This document shows, piece by piece, positions 40,100 to 48,835 of a stretch of 64,000 nt of DNA. Source of the DNA: a virus. Its lineage: Duplodnaviria > Heunggongvirae > Uroviricota > Caudoviricetes. A model generated the notes under the pieces. It saw only the letters and a program-made list of their open reading frames with translations. It did no database searches and was not told where the DNA came from. The stretch lies in the IMG/VR virus record IMGVR_UViG_3300020202_000067, positions 17,335-81,334 of that record, one strand, 5' to 3'. The translations under genes and the position numbers were made by a program. The first letter of the stretch is position 1. Each line of letters opens with the position of its first letter.

Positions 40100-42929
40100 T
40101 TTCTCCGAGGTACTTCACAGCCTTGATCTTGATCATGCGGAAGTCAGGCGGAACTGAGCCCTTGATTGCATAGAGCGACTTGCCTACTCGACCTTGCTCC
40201 ACGATCTGCCGACCAATGCGCTCGAAGTCGTAGCGGCTCACCTTGCAAAAGATCATGTCGGTGTCGTCCTTAATGAACAAGTTCAACGCAGCCGTCGGCC
40301 CATTGACCGCGTAGCCGCGCTTCATGACGTTGACGGCTTCGTTCTCATCCTTGGGCGCGATCTTGGAAGCGACGCCGATGATGACAACATCCTTGAACGC
40401 ACCGTCCGCTTGCACATCAATGACTGGCGTTGGCGCAGTGACAATGTTGATTGCTCCAAGATCTGGATGCAGCTCCTTCACCTTGTCAGCTATTGGGAAC
40501 AACGTGTCAATGTCGGTCTTGGCGTTGTCAAGTCGCTTCTTCAAGGTGGCACGCAGCGGTGTTCCTGAGGACCTCGCTTCCATGATCTCGCGGACGGTTG
40601 CTGAACCGATGCCCTTGATCGAGGTGAGAGGACCCACAAGGATCGTCCTCTCACCTTTCTTGATTGGCATCCACTTGTCTGTGGAGTGGTCCGGGTCAAA
40701 GGCGAGATAGTCAATGCCTTCTTCCTTCAACTCGCGCAGCAGCGCAATCTGTTTTGCTGGATCGCTCTCAGCATCTAATGTGGCAGCGGCAAACTCAACA
40801 GGATAATGCGCCTTGAGCCAACAGCAATAATACGACACGAGACCGTAGGCGACAGCGTGCGAACGGTTAAAAGCCCAAGAGCCGAAGGTGTTGATCTGAT
40901 CCCAAACAAGGCGCGCTGTGTCTTCATCGATCCCATTTTTCAATGCTCCATCCTTGAACTTCAACCAGTAGCGTTCGAAGAACTCATTGCCGAGACGGCC
41001 AGACATCGCCTTACGAATAGCAGACGTGTCCTCCCAGGACATGCCTCCCATCTCACGCACGATCTTCATCACCTGTTCCTGATAGATGGTGATGCCGAGC
41101 GTCTCCTTGGTGAGCTCGGTAAGCATAGGATGATAAGAAGATATCGGCTCCTTGCCGAGCTTACGTCGCACCCAGGACCCAGCGCCGCCCGTGGCCATTG
41201 GTCCAGGGCGCGCAAGCGCTGTAATCGAGATGATGTCTTCTAGGTGCGTCACCTCAATCTGCTTCACTAGCGATTGCAACGCCTGACCAGCAAATTGGAA
41301 CACACCAGCGAAGCGGTGCTGACTGAGAACATTGAATGCCGCCGCATCGTCCAATGGCAATCGATCAAAGAAGCGGAAATTTCCCTCTTCGCCGATCAGC
41401 TCCAATGCGCGCTCGAAGATTGAAAGCTGCGTCAGACCCAGAGCGTCGATCTTGAGTAGGTTCAGATCCTCAGCATCCTTCTTGTCGCACATGGCTGCGT
41501 TGGTGCGGCTGTCTACAGCGACATATTCAAGAATAGGCTCATCGGTGACAAGAACGCCAGCCGCGTGTTGCGAGGACGTTGTCGGGTGGCCTTCCATGCG
41601 GGAAGCCATCATGGCTTCTGGAAATTCATTCAGAAGAGACTGACCATTGATTGTCTCCTTGAGCGTGTCCTCAAGTTGCTGCATGGCGCGTGAGTCACCG
41701 GAGGAGCGTTCGATGATGCCGTCAAGCGCCTTGTCAACCTTCCACTTTGGTATGCGCAAGGAGATGCCAGCTTGCTGCAACGCGCTCTTGGGGCCGTACA
41801 TCATCACGGTTCCCAGCCGAGCCATGCGCTCCTCGCCATATTTCTCGGCAATGTACTTGAACACCTCCTCACGCTGCTTGTCAGAGAAGTCAACGTCGAT
41901 ATCTGGCAAATCCGCGCGATTGATATCGATGAAACGCTCAAAGATCAGTCCGTAAGGGATGGGATCTACTGTAGTGATATCGAGTAGGTAGCACACGAGA
42001 CTTCCACAAGAGGAGCCACGTGCCGGTCCGACAGCCATGCGGTCTCGAGCCCAACCAACAATATCTGAGAGGATGTAGAAATAGTCTTCAAACTTCTTGT
42101 CGGCGATAAGCTTAAGCTCCCGATCAAGACGCTCAGCATAGACCTTGTCTTTCAAATTGATGGAGCGTTTCTTCGCTCCTTCAATACACAATTGACGCAG
42201 CGTCTTCTTGCGCTCAGGCTTCAGGAGCGTCGCCTTCCTCAGTTCAGCTCGACATTGCTTGATTGCGTTATCTCTGGCCTTGATGGCAGCAGCCTTGTCC
42301 CGTTCACTAGCAAACCAGACAGCCTCCATCCATTCGTCATCATCAATGATCCATTGCGGATATGTTTGAGTGCCAGCTCTCTTCCCGAGAGCGACACGGT
42401 AAAGCTCAAGATCGGCTTGGCGAGGAAAGACATTGTCGCCGCTAGCGATGAAGCGGAACCCAGCAGCCTTCGCTTGTTTGTAGAGACCAATTGGCGTTGA
42501 TGGTGATAGAGCAACATAGAGATCCTTGTCCTTTTTCTTCACACGCTCAAGCTGCAGACGCTCGCCAGCGATCTTGATCACGCCCTGTGCGGCAAGCGCC
42601 TGCTTGTAAAGCAAGCTCGGCTCACGGCCAGGATTGGCTGTTGCAAGCGCAATGAGCTCATGGATAGAACGCAATGAGTCCTTGGCGAAGAATGTCCAGT
42701 AGTCTGGGCTTGGCCGCTTCTCCCCCAGAGAAGAGACCACTGCTAGTTCTACACCATAGATCGGTCTAAGCTCGTGCTTTGCGCACAGCTTAGACCAACG
42801 ATTAAATCCGAAGGCGCTCGTCCTGTCTGAAATCGGCGCGGCCTTCCACTTGATCTCCTTCAGACGCTCTATAATGTCTGGCAGGTGCCCCACCGCAGTG
42901 CGGAAGGAATATCCCGTGCGTATTCTCAT
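40089..42929 (-). CDS. dnaE: DNA polymerase III alpha subunit (DnaE-type), compact 946 aa with degenerate PHP domain
   Basis: 'GPARGSSCGSLVCYLLDITTVDPIPYGLIFERFIDINRADLPDIDVDF' is the DnaE palm signature (cf. [23 protein letters not shown]...MPDIDIDF). The N-terminus 'MRIRTGYSFRTAVG' lacks the PHP His residues. Confidence 0.75.
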   Translation of the reverse strand: MRIRTGYSFRTAVGHLPDIIERLKEIKWKAAPISDRTSAFGFNRWSKLCAKHELRPIYGVELAVVSSLGEKRPSPDYWTFFAKDSLRSIHELIALATANPGREPSLLYKQALAAQGVIKIAGERLQLERVKKKDKDLYVALSPSTPIGLYKQAKAAGFRFIASGDNVFPRQADLELYRVALGKRAGTQTYPQWIIDDDEWMEAVWFASERDKAAAIKARDNAIKQCRAELRKATLLKPERKKTLRQLCIEGAKKRSINLKDKVYAERLDRELKLIADKKFEDYFYILSDIVGWARDRMAVGPARGSSCGSLVCYLLDITTVDPIPYGLIFERFIDINRADLPDIDVDFSDKQREEVFKYIAEKYGEERMARLGTVMMYGPKSALQQAGISLRIPKWKVDKALDGIIERSSGDSRAMQQLEDTLKETINGQSLLNEFPEAMMASRMEGHPTTSSQHAAGVLVTDEPILEYVAVDSRTNAAMCDKKDAEDLNLLKIDALGLTQLSIFERALELIGEEGNFRFFDRLPLDDAAAFNVLSQHRFAGVFQFAGQALQSLVKQIEVTHLEDIISITALARPGPMATGGAGSWVRRKLGKEPISSYHPMLTELTKETLGITIYQEQVMKIVREMGGMSWEDTSAIRKAMSGRLGNEFFERYWLKFKDGALKNGIDEDTARLVWDQINTFGSWAFNRSHAVAYGLVSYYCCWLKAHYPVEFAAATLDAESDPAKQIALLRELKEEGIDYLAFDPDHSTDKWMPIKKGERTILVGPLTSIKGIGSATVREIMEARSSGTPLRATLKKRLDNAKTDIDTLFPIADKVKELHPDLGAINIVTAPTPVIDVQADGAFKDVVIIGVASKIAPKDENEAVNVMKRGYAVNGPTAALNLFIKDDTDMIFCKVSRYDFERIGRQIVEQGRVGKSLYAIKGSVPPDFRMIKIKAVKYLGEIDG

Positions 42930-43375
42930 GCAGCCCTCTTCCCCTTGCGCTTATACCTTGGAATGCCAACTTCGCCTTCAACGACGCTGACCAATGCAAC
43001 AGAGCAATCACAACGCTTAGCAATTTCCTGCTGGCTCAATCCCTGCTTCGCCAAGGCGATGATCTTGGCGCGGCGCTCTGGATCATCTGTCTTCGGGCGC
43101 TTCTCAAGGCCAGCGATCCTTGCATAACGTAACACTGTATTGCGGGAGCATCCGTATTTCTTCTGAATATCATTCACCGGAACGCCAGCCTTGTAGTCTG
43201 CCACCACATGCTCAAAGCGCACCAAACGATTGGCGCGCTCATGAGTGAATGAAAAGATGCGCTTCACTTGCGCAATGAATTCAAGGAACGGCTTCACCGC
43301 CTTCCTGGTTCTCAGATACTCCGCCGCATCCTTCAGTGTGAACAGCATCATCTGGATCCTTCTTATTACGCTCAT
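42926..43375 (-). CDS. tandem-HTH DNA-binding protein (probable start ~43351 'MMLFTLKD...')
   Basis: Two HTH-like segments 'VNDIQKKYGCSRNTVLRYARIAG' and 'LSQQEIAKRCDCSVALVSVVEG'. RBS aagaagga before the internal ATGs. ATGA-coupled to the dnaE start. Confidence 0.4.
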   Translation of the reverse strand: MSVIRRIQMMLFTLKDAAEYLRTRKAVKPFLEFIAQVKRIFSFTHERANRLVRFEHVVADYKAGVPVNDIQKKYGCSRNTVLRYARIAGLEKRPKTDDPERRAKIIALAKQGLSQQEIAKRCDCSVALVSVVEGEVGIPRYKRKGKRAA

Positions 43376-43616
43376 TGATGCGTTTCATATCTTCAAGCGT
43401 GGCTGCGCCAGACGCCACAACAGCGCATTGCGCCCAACCTAGCCAACGGCATTTCTTGCCATATGACATTGGATCATTTTCATCTTCTCGTTCCCGCATG
43501 CGGTGATACATATTGATCAAATGCGCTGCGCTCAGAGGTCCGCTGTTAGGCAATTTCTGCGCAACGGACGATGCAAGATAAACGGTTTCTTTCATCGCTT
43601 CCATAACATTCATCAA
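43281..43616 (-). CDS. hypothetical protein (3' end overlaps the HTH gene; extent uncertain)
   Basis: 111 aa ORF. ATGA-coupled to the DnaQ-like gene stop at 43613. Confidence 0.25.
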   Translation of the reverse strand: MMNVMEAMKETVYLASSVAQKLPNSGPLSAAHLINMYHRMREREDENDPMSYGKKCRWLGWAQCAVVASGAATLEDMKRINERNKKDPDDAVHTEGCGGVSENQEGGEAVP

Positions 43617-44155
43617 AGAATTCCCTTTTTAATGAGTTCAACACAACAGCGCTTGAGCGCCATGACGTCAACCTTGGCGCGATGAGCGCCCTCGAACTTC
43701 TCACCGAACAACAACTCGTGTAGGCCTGAAAGATTCAAGCGGTGACCTTTCAGGTGCACAGTCTGTTCCACAGTGCAGATCCTAATCTTTGGCCAATTAA
43801 CCTTGAGACCGCAACGTTCCGCCTCAATGTCGATCATCTCGATATCGAACGATAAGTTGTGCCCGATAACGATAGGTGATGCCTCGATCAGCTTAATGAT
43901 CTTCGAAGCTACATCCTTGAACGTTGGTGCGTCTTTCACATCCTCCCATTTGAGCCCTGTGATGGAGGTAATCAACTCAGTAATTGCCTCTGGTGAAGAG
44001 GGGCGTACAAGCTGATCGAGCTCATTGATCTTCTTGTCCTTAGCCAAGTCCCAAGTGCAGCCGTAGAATTCGATGAGCTCCGGCAGCTTGTCGTTCTTGA
44101 CTGTGCGGTTCTCAATGAGGCCGGTGGTCTCTGTGTCAAACAATAGAGCCTTCAT
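43613..44155 (-). CDS. dnaQ: DnaQ-like 3'-5' exonuclease (DEDDh, Pol III epsilon-like)
   Basis: Exo I 'LFDTETTGL', Exo II 'VIGHNLSFDIEM', Exo III 'HRAKVDVMAL'. 180 aa, next to dnaE. Confidence 0.7.
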   Translation of the reverse strand: MKALLFDTETTGLIENRTVKNDKLPELIEFYGCTWDLAKDKKINELDQLVRPSSPEAITELITSITGLKWEDVKDAPTFKDVASKIIKLIEASPIVIGHNLSFDIEMIDIEAERCGLKVNWPKIRICTVEQTVHLKGHRLNLSGLHELLFGEKFEGAHRAKVDVMALKRCCVELIKKGIL

Positions 44156-44784
44156 CCTGGCACCTTGATCCTTGGGCCATCACAACTGACGACTGGCTTG
44201 TGCTCAATATCGCTCCAATCAAAACGCCAGAAAAGTCCGTCTGGCATCTTGAAGATCACCGGAAAGCCTGTTGTCGCTTCGTCTCTGTAGTCATTATTCG
44301 CTTGCTCCTCATCAACTGATTCCACCATAGCGCAATAAACACCGGCATCATGGATAGAGTCGCGATGCGGCTTGCCTGCTTCAATGGAGACAGCATAACG
44401 CGAGAGCTTGACGACGATTAAAGAGAACAGGTGGAAGCGGTCGTGATCCTCCTTGGTCTTCAACGTCACGCCATTCGGAAAGAGTGCAGCGAAGGCTCCG
44501 CCAGCGCGCTTGTAGTTGTCGCCATAGACCTTGTTGCGCTCGCGGAAGGTGTTAGCGCCTTCAGCCAAGATGTCAGCCGCTGTCCGCTTAGTCATTGCTA
44601 TTCCCCTTGGGGTGGATGCGGCGGATGTACTTAATGTAGGTTCCGGGCGCGAGCTCAAAGATGCGGTAGTGGTACTTGCGTCCGGCGCCTCCGCCAGTTG
44701 TAAGATATTCACTGGTGTGACTCTGCGTAAATGTCTCCTGGACGAGCGTGCACCCATCCATTGCAGGAAAATCTGCGCCGTCAT
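44152..44784 (-). CDS. hypothetical protein (probable start 44595 'MTKRTAADIL...', 148 aa)
   Basis: RBS aaggggaa before the ATG at 44595. The upstream part of the track ORF is Ser/Thr/Ala low-complexity. Conserved-looking 'ERNKVYGDNYKRAGG' box. Confidence 0.3.
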   Translation of the reverse strand: MTAQIFLQWMGARSSRRHLRRVTPVNILQLAEAPDASTTTASLSSRPEPTLSTSAASTPRGIAMTKRTAADILAEGANTFRERNKVYGDNYKRAGGAFAALFPNGVTLKTKEDHDRFHLFSLIVVKLSRYAVSIEAGKPHRDSIHDAGVYCAMVESVDEEQANNDYRDEATTGFPVIFKMPDGLFWRFDWSDIEHKPVVSCDGPRIKVPG

Positions 44785-45208
44785 CGAGGTGTATTCCTAC
44801 ATGGGAGATGAACTCTCTTCCAATGCCCCATAGAGGATTTCCTGCTTGGTTGTAGCTCACCGGAGCGCCCATTGCATAATGATCTCCAGAAGCTAGGTGC
44901 CAGTGCCTGCCTTCAATGTAAGTCAAGATCTCAAGCTCAATGCCGAGAGAATAGTTGAACTGCAGACGGCCCTTGTTGATGCACCACTGGCCGTCCGGGA
45001 ACAGTGACTTGGCGGTCACGACGTCCTCGACCCAAGGCTCTGTGTCAAGACCCAAGAGAACCTTGATGCGTTCTTCTTGGTCCTTGGTCCTTGCGTAGAA
45101 GGCAATCTGATCAATCTTCATCGGAGGTTTTTCTAGTTTCACGTTCACCACCTTCGTTTTCCAGTTGTCCGGAGAAATGTTCATGGCCCACCATACGGAA
45201 TGTCGCAC
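44588..45208 (-). CDS. hypothetical protein
   Basis: 206 aa ORF (possibly shorter start). No family assigned. Confidence 0.3.
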   Translation of the reverse strand: MRHSVWWAMNISPDNWKTKVVNVKLEKPPMKIDQIAFYARTKDQEERIKVLLGLDTEPWVEDVVTAKSLFPDGQWCINKGRLQFNYSLGIELEILTYIEGRHWHLASGDHYAMGAPVSYNQAGNPLWGIGREFISHVGIHLDDGADFPAMDGCTLVQETFTQSHTSEYLTTGGGAGRKYHYRIFELAPGTYIKYIRRIHPKGNSND

Positions 45209-45879
45209 CCGGCGAGATATTTGTGGCGCTCCTTGGAGGAGAGAAGGAATGCGATGAACTCAGCGATGATAGCTGGTGGAGTTTCCTCGCCTGCAGGCAA
45301 AGCAGCAAGTTGATATTCTCTAGCTTGCTGTTCCGTCCACCCTCTGAGCTGCACCACGCGCCGGTCGATCTCTGCACTCATGTGCGTGCCTGACATCTTG
45401 TTGGGAGAGACGCTGAACACGGTGATGTTGTGCGTCTTCTTCAACTCACGCGCCAACTGCTTTGTCAGAATGGCGGCCGCGCCCTTGGAAGCGTTGTAAG
45501 CCGCTGAAGATGTCATTGGCACATGGCTGGCATTGGAAACGATGTTCACCACCGTCCCATCACGCAGCTCTTCAAGAAGCGCCTTGGTGCAAAGGAAGAT
45601 GCCCTTGGCATTGGTGTCCATCACATCATCCCACTCCTGCTCTGGAACGTTTGGCAGGAAGTTGATGCGATTGATGCCTGCACAATTGATTAGAACATCG
45701 ATCTTGTCCAGCCCCCGCTTCAAAAGATCGAGCCGAGCCTGCCCAATAGAAAAGCTGCTCGACACATCAATGTGGTGCTTCAGCGACCAGTCAATCACTC
45801 TCCAGCCATTCTTCAAGAGATGGTTGGAGATCGCTTCACCCAAGCCACTGCTCGCGCCTGTGATAACTGCTGTCTTCAA
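45181..45879 (-). CDS. short-chain dehydrogenase/reductase (SDR)
   Basis: 'VITGASSGLGEAI' is the TGxxxGxG Rossmann motif. 'NASH' and 'YNASKGA' fit the catalytic YxxxK. Confidence 0.65.
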   Translation of the reverse strand: MKTAVITGASSGLGEAISNHLLKNGWRVIDWSLKHHIDVSSSFSIGQARLDLLKRGLDKIDVLINCAGINRINFLPNVPEQEWDDVMDTNAKGIFLCTKALLEELRDGTVVNIVSNASHVPMTSSAAYNASKGAAAILTKQLARELKKTHNITVFSVSPNKMSGTHMSAEIDRRVVQLRGWTEQQAREYQLAALPAGEETPPAIIAEFIAFLLSSKERHKYLAGCDIPYGGP

Positions 45880-46319
45880 TTCTGCCTCCCATGCACCAAG
45901 AGCGCTGTGATACCAGCCTCTCTGAACGCTGCAACGACATCTTCTCTGTCGTCAATGATCAAGGCAACTTCATCTTTGAACCGCTCGCCGAAGCGTTCGG
46001 CGGCCAGCTTAAGCTTTATTTCCGCTGCCGGATGATAAGCCTCGTCCGGCCGCATAAGCAGCTCATCGAACATGGCGCCATGCTTGACGAGCAGCTCCAT
46101 AGTAAGCTTGCGCCACTTCTCCGGTCGTGCCGTAATGCCAACGATGTACATGCCGCCAGCGCGCATTGCATTAATCATGTTGACAACGTCATGGATCGGC
46201 TCGTCATCCTTGGAAGCGGCATGATAAGCGTCCCATCCTCCAGGGCCACCGATCATGTCGTCACGCCAGAAAGCATTCGACACTGTATGATCAATGTCAC
46301 ACAAAACGATCTTCCTCAT
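45876..46319 (-). CDS. HAD-superfamily phosphatase (PNK-phosphatase/nucleotidase-like)
   Basis: 'IVLCDIDHTVS' is motif I DxDxT. 'IVGITARP', 'IIDDRED' as motifs II-IV. 147 aa. Confidence 0.5.
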   Translation of the reverse strand: MRKIVLCDIDHTVSNAFWRDDMIGGPGGWDAYHAASKDDEPIHDVVNMINAMRAGGMYIVGITARPEKWRKLTMELLVKHGAMFDELLMRPDEAYHPAAEIKLKLAAERFGERFKDEVALIIDDREDVVAAFREAGITALLVHGRQN

Positions 46320-46633
46320 TGCTTTTGCACTCCTGCCATATTCTCGTAGAGTGCAAGCAATGAAGCATAGACCTTTTGCGGTGGATAAGGCGATGTGCCT
46401 GCATCGAACATCTTGAACTCGTTATCGCGATCACCCTTAAAGAAAGCGATCAAGATAACATGCTCCGCTCCAAGCCGCTCCTTGACTGCAACAGCCTCCT
46501 GATTGGCCGCCTGCTTACGCTGCAAGGCTACTTCTTGTTTGCCCAATTCGTCCTGCGCCATGACGCTCCCTCCTCTGCGCACTTGCGCGCTTCTGAAACC
46601 ATTTCCATGTCTTGGGTTGGACGCAACCCGCAC
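46316..46633 (-). CDS. hypothetical small protein (probable start ~46561 'MAQDELGK...')
   Basis: Track ORF 105 aa with a basic low-complexity N-terminus. Confidence 0.3.
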   Translation of the reverse strand: MRVASNPRHGNGFRSAQVRRGGSVMAQDELGKQEVALQRKQAANQEAVAVKERLGAEHVILIAFFKGDRDNEFKMFDAGTSPYPPQKVYASLLALYENMAGVQKQ

Positions 46634-46788
46634 TTGACCATCATCTCCCGACGATTGGCCCAGAGCTCAAGAAGCTCTTGGAACAACGGATCGCGCGCCA
46701 ACAATACGAACATTGGCTCGTCATCCTTGGCCTTCTCGTAACAGTCAAACTTGCCGGGGTTCTTCTTGGTTCCCATCTTCAGCTCCAT
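46528..46788 (-). CDS. hypothetical small protein
   Basis: 86 aa ORF. Confidence 0.3.
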   Translation of the reverse strand: MELKMGTKKNPGKFDCYEKAKDDEPMFVLLARDPLFQELLELWANRREMMVKCGLRPTQDMEMVSEARKCAEEGASWRRTNWANKK

Positions 46789-46966
46789 AGATCTTCATTC
46801 GGACTTTGTGTTCAGTTCTCATAGTGCGGTTCATCTCTTCTGTCATTTCATTTTGCTTCTCCAATGCGTCAGCGATGCGTTTGAGGGAAATTGCTACAGA
46901 TCTGTCATAAAAAGCCTTCCCCGAGCTGAAACTGCCAGCCTCAAATAATTCAACATCTCTGTTCAT
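46745..46966 (-). CDS. hypothetical small protein
   Basis: 73 aa ORF, helical, charged. Confidence 0.3.
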   Translation of the reverse strand: MNRDVELFEAGSFSSGKAFYDRSVAISLKRIADALEKQNEMTEEMNRTMRTEHKVRMKIYGAEDGNQEEPRQV

Positions 46967-47415
46967 CAGAACTGTTTACCTCCTTCTTTCAGACGGTTCT
47001 CAGGCTTGTGATCTTCACGCTTTTCATTGTACCAGACCTTCTCGAGCACAGCGCCAGAGAGATCAAGTCTGAACGCTCCTCCATAGTCAAAAGCGCGAAT
47101 GAATAGATCTCCCAGCTCGACCTCCTCGCTCTTACGGTGCGGCAAGTGATCATCCATCTTGTCCTTACGCACACCTTCGAGCATCTCAGATAGTTCAGAA
47201 TGCTTGAGCGCAATCATCTCACCTTTGTTTCTTTCGATCCGCTCTCCCGTTCTTGGGTCCTGCCACCACCTTGCGTTTTTGTGGTGCAGGATCGCGGCCA
47301 GCCAGTTGAGGCTTTGCGCGTGTTGAACGAGCAGTCTGTTGATCGTCTCTTCGCTGAACCGGCTCAAGTCTGGTAAGCTCATCTTCCATCTCCACTCCGA
47401 CAATGTAAAGTTCAT
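46966..47415 (-). CDS. MazG-like nucleoside triphosphate pyrophosphohydrolase (probable start 47382)
   Basis: 'MIALKHSELSEMLEGVRKD...EEVELGDLFIRAFDY' is the MazG E-rich helix pair pattern. RBS ggagatggaag before the ATG at 47380-47382. Confidence 0.55.
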   Translation of the reverse strand: MNFTLSEWRWKMSLPDLSRFSEETINRLLVQHAQSLNWLAAILHHKNARWWQDPRTGERIERNKGEMIALKHSELSEMLEGVRKDKMDDHLPHRKSEEVELGDLFIRAFDYGGAFRLDLSGAVLEKVWYNEKREDHKPENRLKEGGKQF

Positions 47416-47534
47416 TACGCAGCTCGGTGAGTGACATCCTGCTTAGCCGTCCTGAAGTTACGGCCAAGGTCGAGGTGACTTTGGAAAGACGTTGATGCCA
47501 CCTCACCCAAGCGATGATTTTCTCAGTAATGGTC

Positions 47535-47741
47535 TCACCCCGCATGCTTGACCATCACTTCGATATTCAATACTCTGAGTTGCTTAAGCACACTTTCAGC
47601 GCCTTCCCGATAGCCCTGAAGTCTTGCTTGCGCCTCCGCTTCATCTCTTGTGCGTTTGAGCTCATGAAGTTCTTTCAACAACTCCTCAACTTTCTTTTGA
47701 TCGCCACATATTTCTTGGGCGAACAGTTTATAGTCTGTCAT
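47535..47741 (-). CDS. hypothetical small coiled-coil protein
   Basis: 68 aa ORF. Confidence 0.3.
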   Translation of the reverse strand: MTDYKLFAQEICGDQKKVEELLKELHELKRTRDEAEAQARLQGYREGAESVLKQLRVLNIEVMVKHAG

Positions 47742-47859
47742 GACAACGCCCTCATCTGATCGATCAACTTGATCATGTGCGTCTTCTGTTCAGCAGAGAT
47801 TGTGTTGTCAATTCCTGGAAACTGAGAAACAGGAATTGATCTGACGACTTCTCCACGCA

Positions 47860-48825
47860 TCATTGCGCCGGAACCGCGACTGGTGTTGAACTTGGCAGAA
47901 CCATAACATTAACCTTGCCTGTCTCTACAGCCTTCATGAGAGCATCGGCTCGCTCCTTCTCAGCCAGAGCCAACAGCACATCACGAATTTGCGCTGGCGT
48001 GAAGTTGTCAGGCAATTGCTCAAACAAGCGCTTGACACCAATGCCTTCATTCGAGCGTCTTGCCGCTTGCTCCTCAGCTATCTGCGTCAGCAATTTTTGG
48101 CGCTTGCGGTCCTCTTCAGAAGCCATGCGTTCAGCAATAGCGTTAAGCACCTTGGCGTCTGGCAGCACTTCGCGCAGAAGCACCGGCATGAAGGTGATTG
48201 CGCCCTTGGCCTCTGTATCCGTGAAGCCAAGCTTGATGAGATCATTGTTCACGGCGCGAACGACTTCCTCCATCATGCGCTGTTCAACGTCCGCGCGCCG
48301 CTCAACGCTAGCGTCTGCCCATGGAAATGAGGCGATTGCGTCTCTGACCGCGGCCCTTGCGGCGGGAACAATAAGATTGCGTTCAAGTGCATCCTCGTCG
48401 CCAATGCGCTGCAGGATCTTCCATGCGACTGAAGGGTTGATGGAGTAGGGGAAGGAAGCTTCCACCTGCACCGGGTTATGATCCTTAGACATCGACACAA
48501 TGGTCGGGCCGTCTGCGTCTTTGGCCTTGGCTGAGAAGTCAACGGACCGGCGCTGGATGGAGATCTTGGTGACGTCGTACATCGGGTTCATGAAGCGCAA
48601 CCCTTCAGGATAGGCTGTCTCCTGCACCGCGCCGAACCATTGGCCAACGCCAACATGGCCTGTGGAGACAGGGCTGATGGACATGATCAATGACCAAATG
48701 GCAGTGACCACCACACCTGCAACAAACCACAAACCAGCCAGACCTCCGCGACCGTCCAGCAACGAGAAAAGAGTCGCAATCAGAACGATAAAAGCGATGA
48801 TGCCTACACCAACAAGAAACAACAT
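47860..48825 (-). CDS. SPFH/band-7 (stomatin/prohibitin/HflK-like) membrane protein
   Basis: 321 aa. N-terminal TM segments (LFLVGVGIIAFIVLIATLF; LWFVAGVVVTAIWSLI), then 'GHVGVGQWFGAV...EGLRFMNPMYDVTKISIQ' SPFH-type core, then a long helical tail. Confidence 0.5.
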   Translation of the reverse strand: MLFLVGVGIIAFIVLIATLFSLLDGRGGLAGLWFVAGVVVTAIWSLIMSISPVSTGHVGVGQWFGAVQETAYPEGLRFMNPMYDVTKISIQRRSVDFSAKAKDADGPTIVSMSKDHNPVQVEASFPYSINPSVAWKILQRIGDEDALERNLIVPAARAAVRDAIASFPWADASVERRADVEQRMMEEVVRAVNNDLIKLGFTDTEAKGAITFMPVLLREVLPDAKVLNAIAERMASEEDRKRQKLLTQIAEEQAARRSNEGIGVKRLFEQLPDNFTPAQIRDVLLALAEKERADALMKAVETGKVNVMVLPSSTPVAVPAQ

Positions 48826-48835
48826 GTCTTCCTCC

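Noticed and set aside
47219-47545. 108-aa ORF overlapping the MazG gene
   Set aside because: The MazG signature is in the other frame over the shared 160+ bp. The C-terminal half of this ORF is Arg/Gln/Pro low-complexity. Only its first ~35 codons (47438-47545) could be a separate tiny gene.
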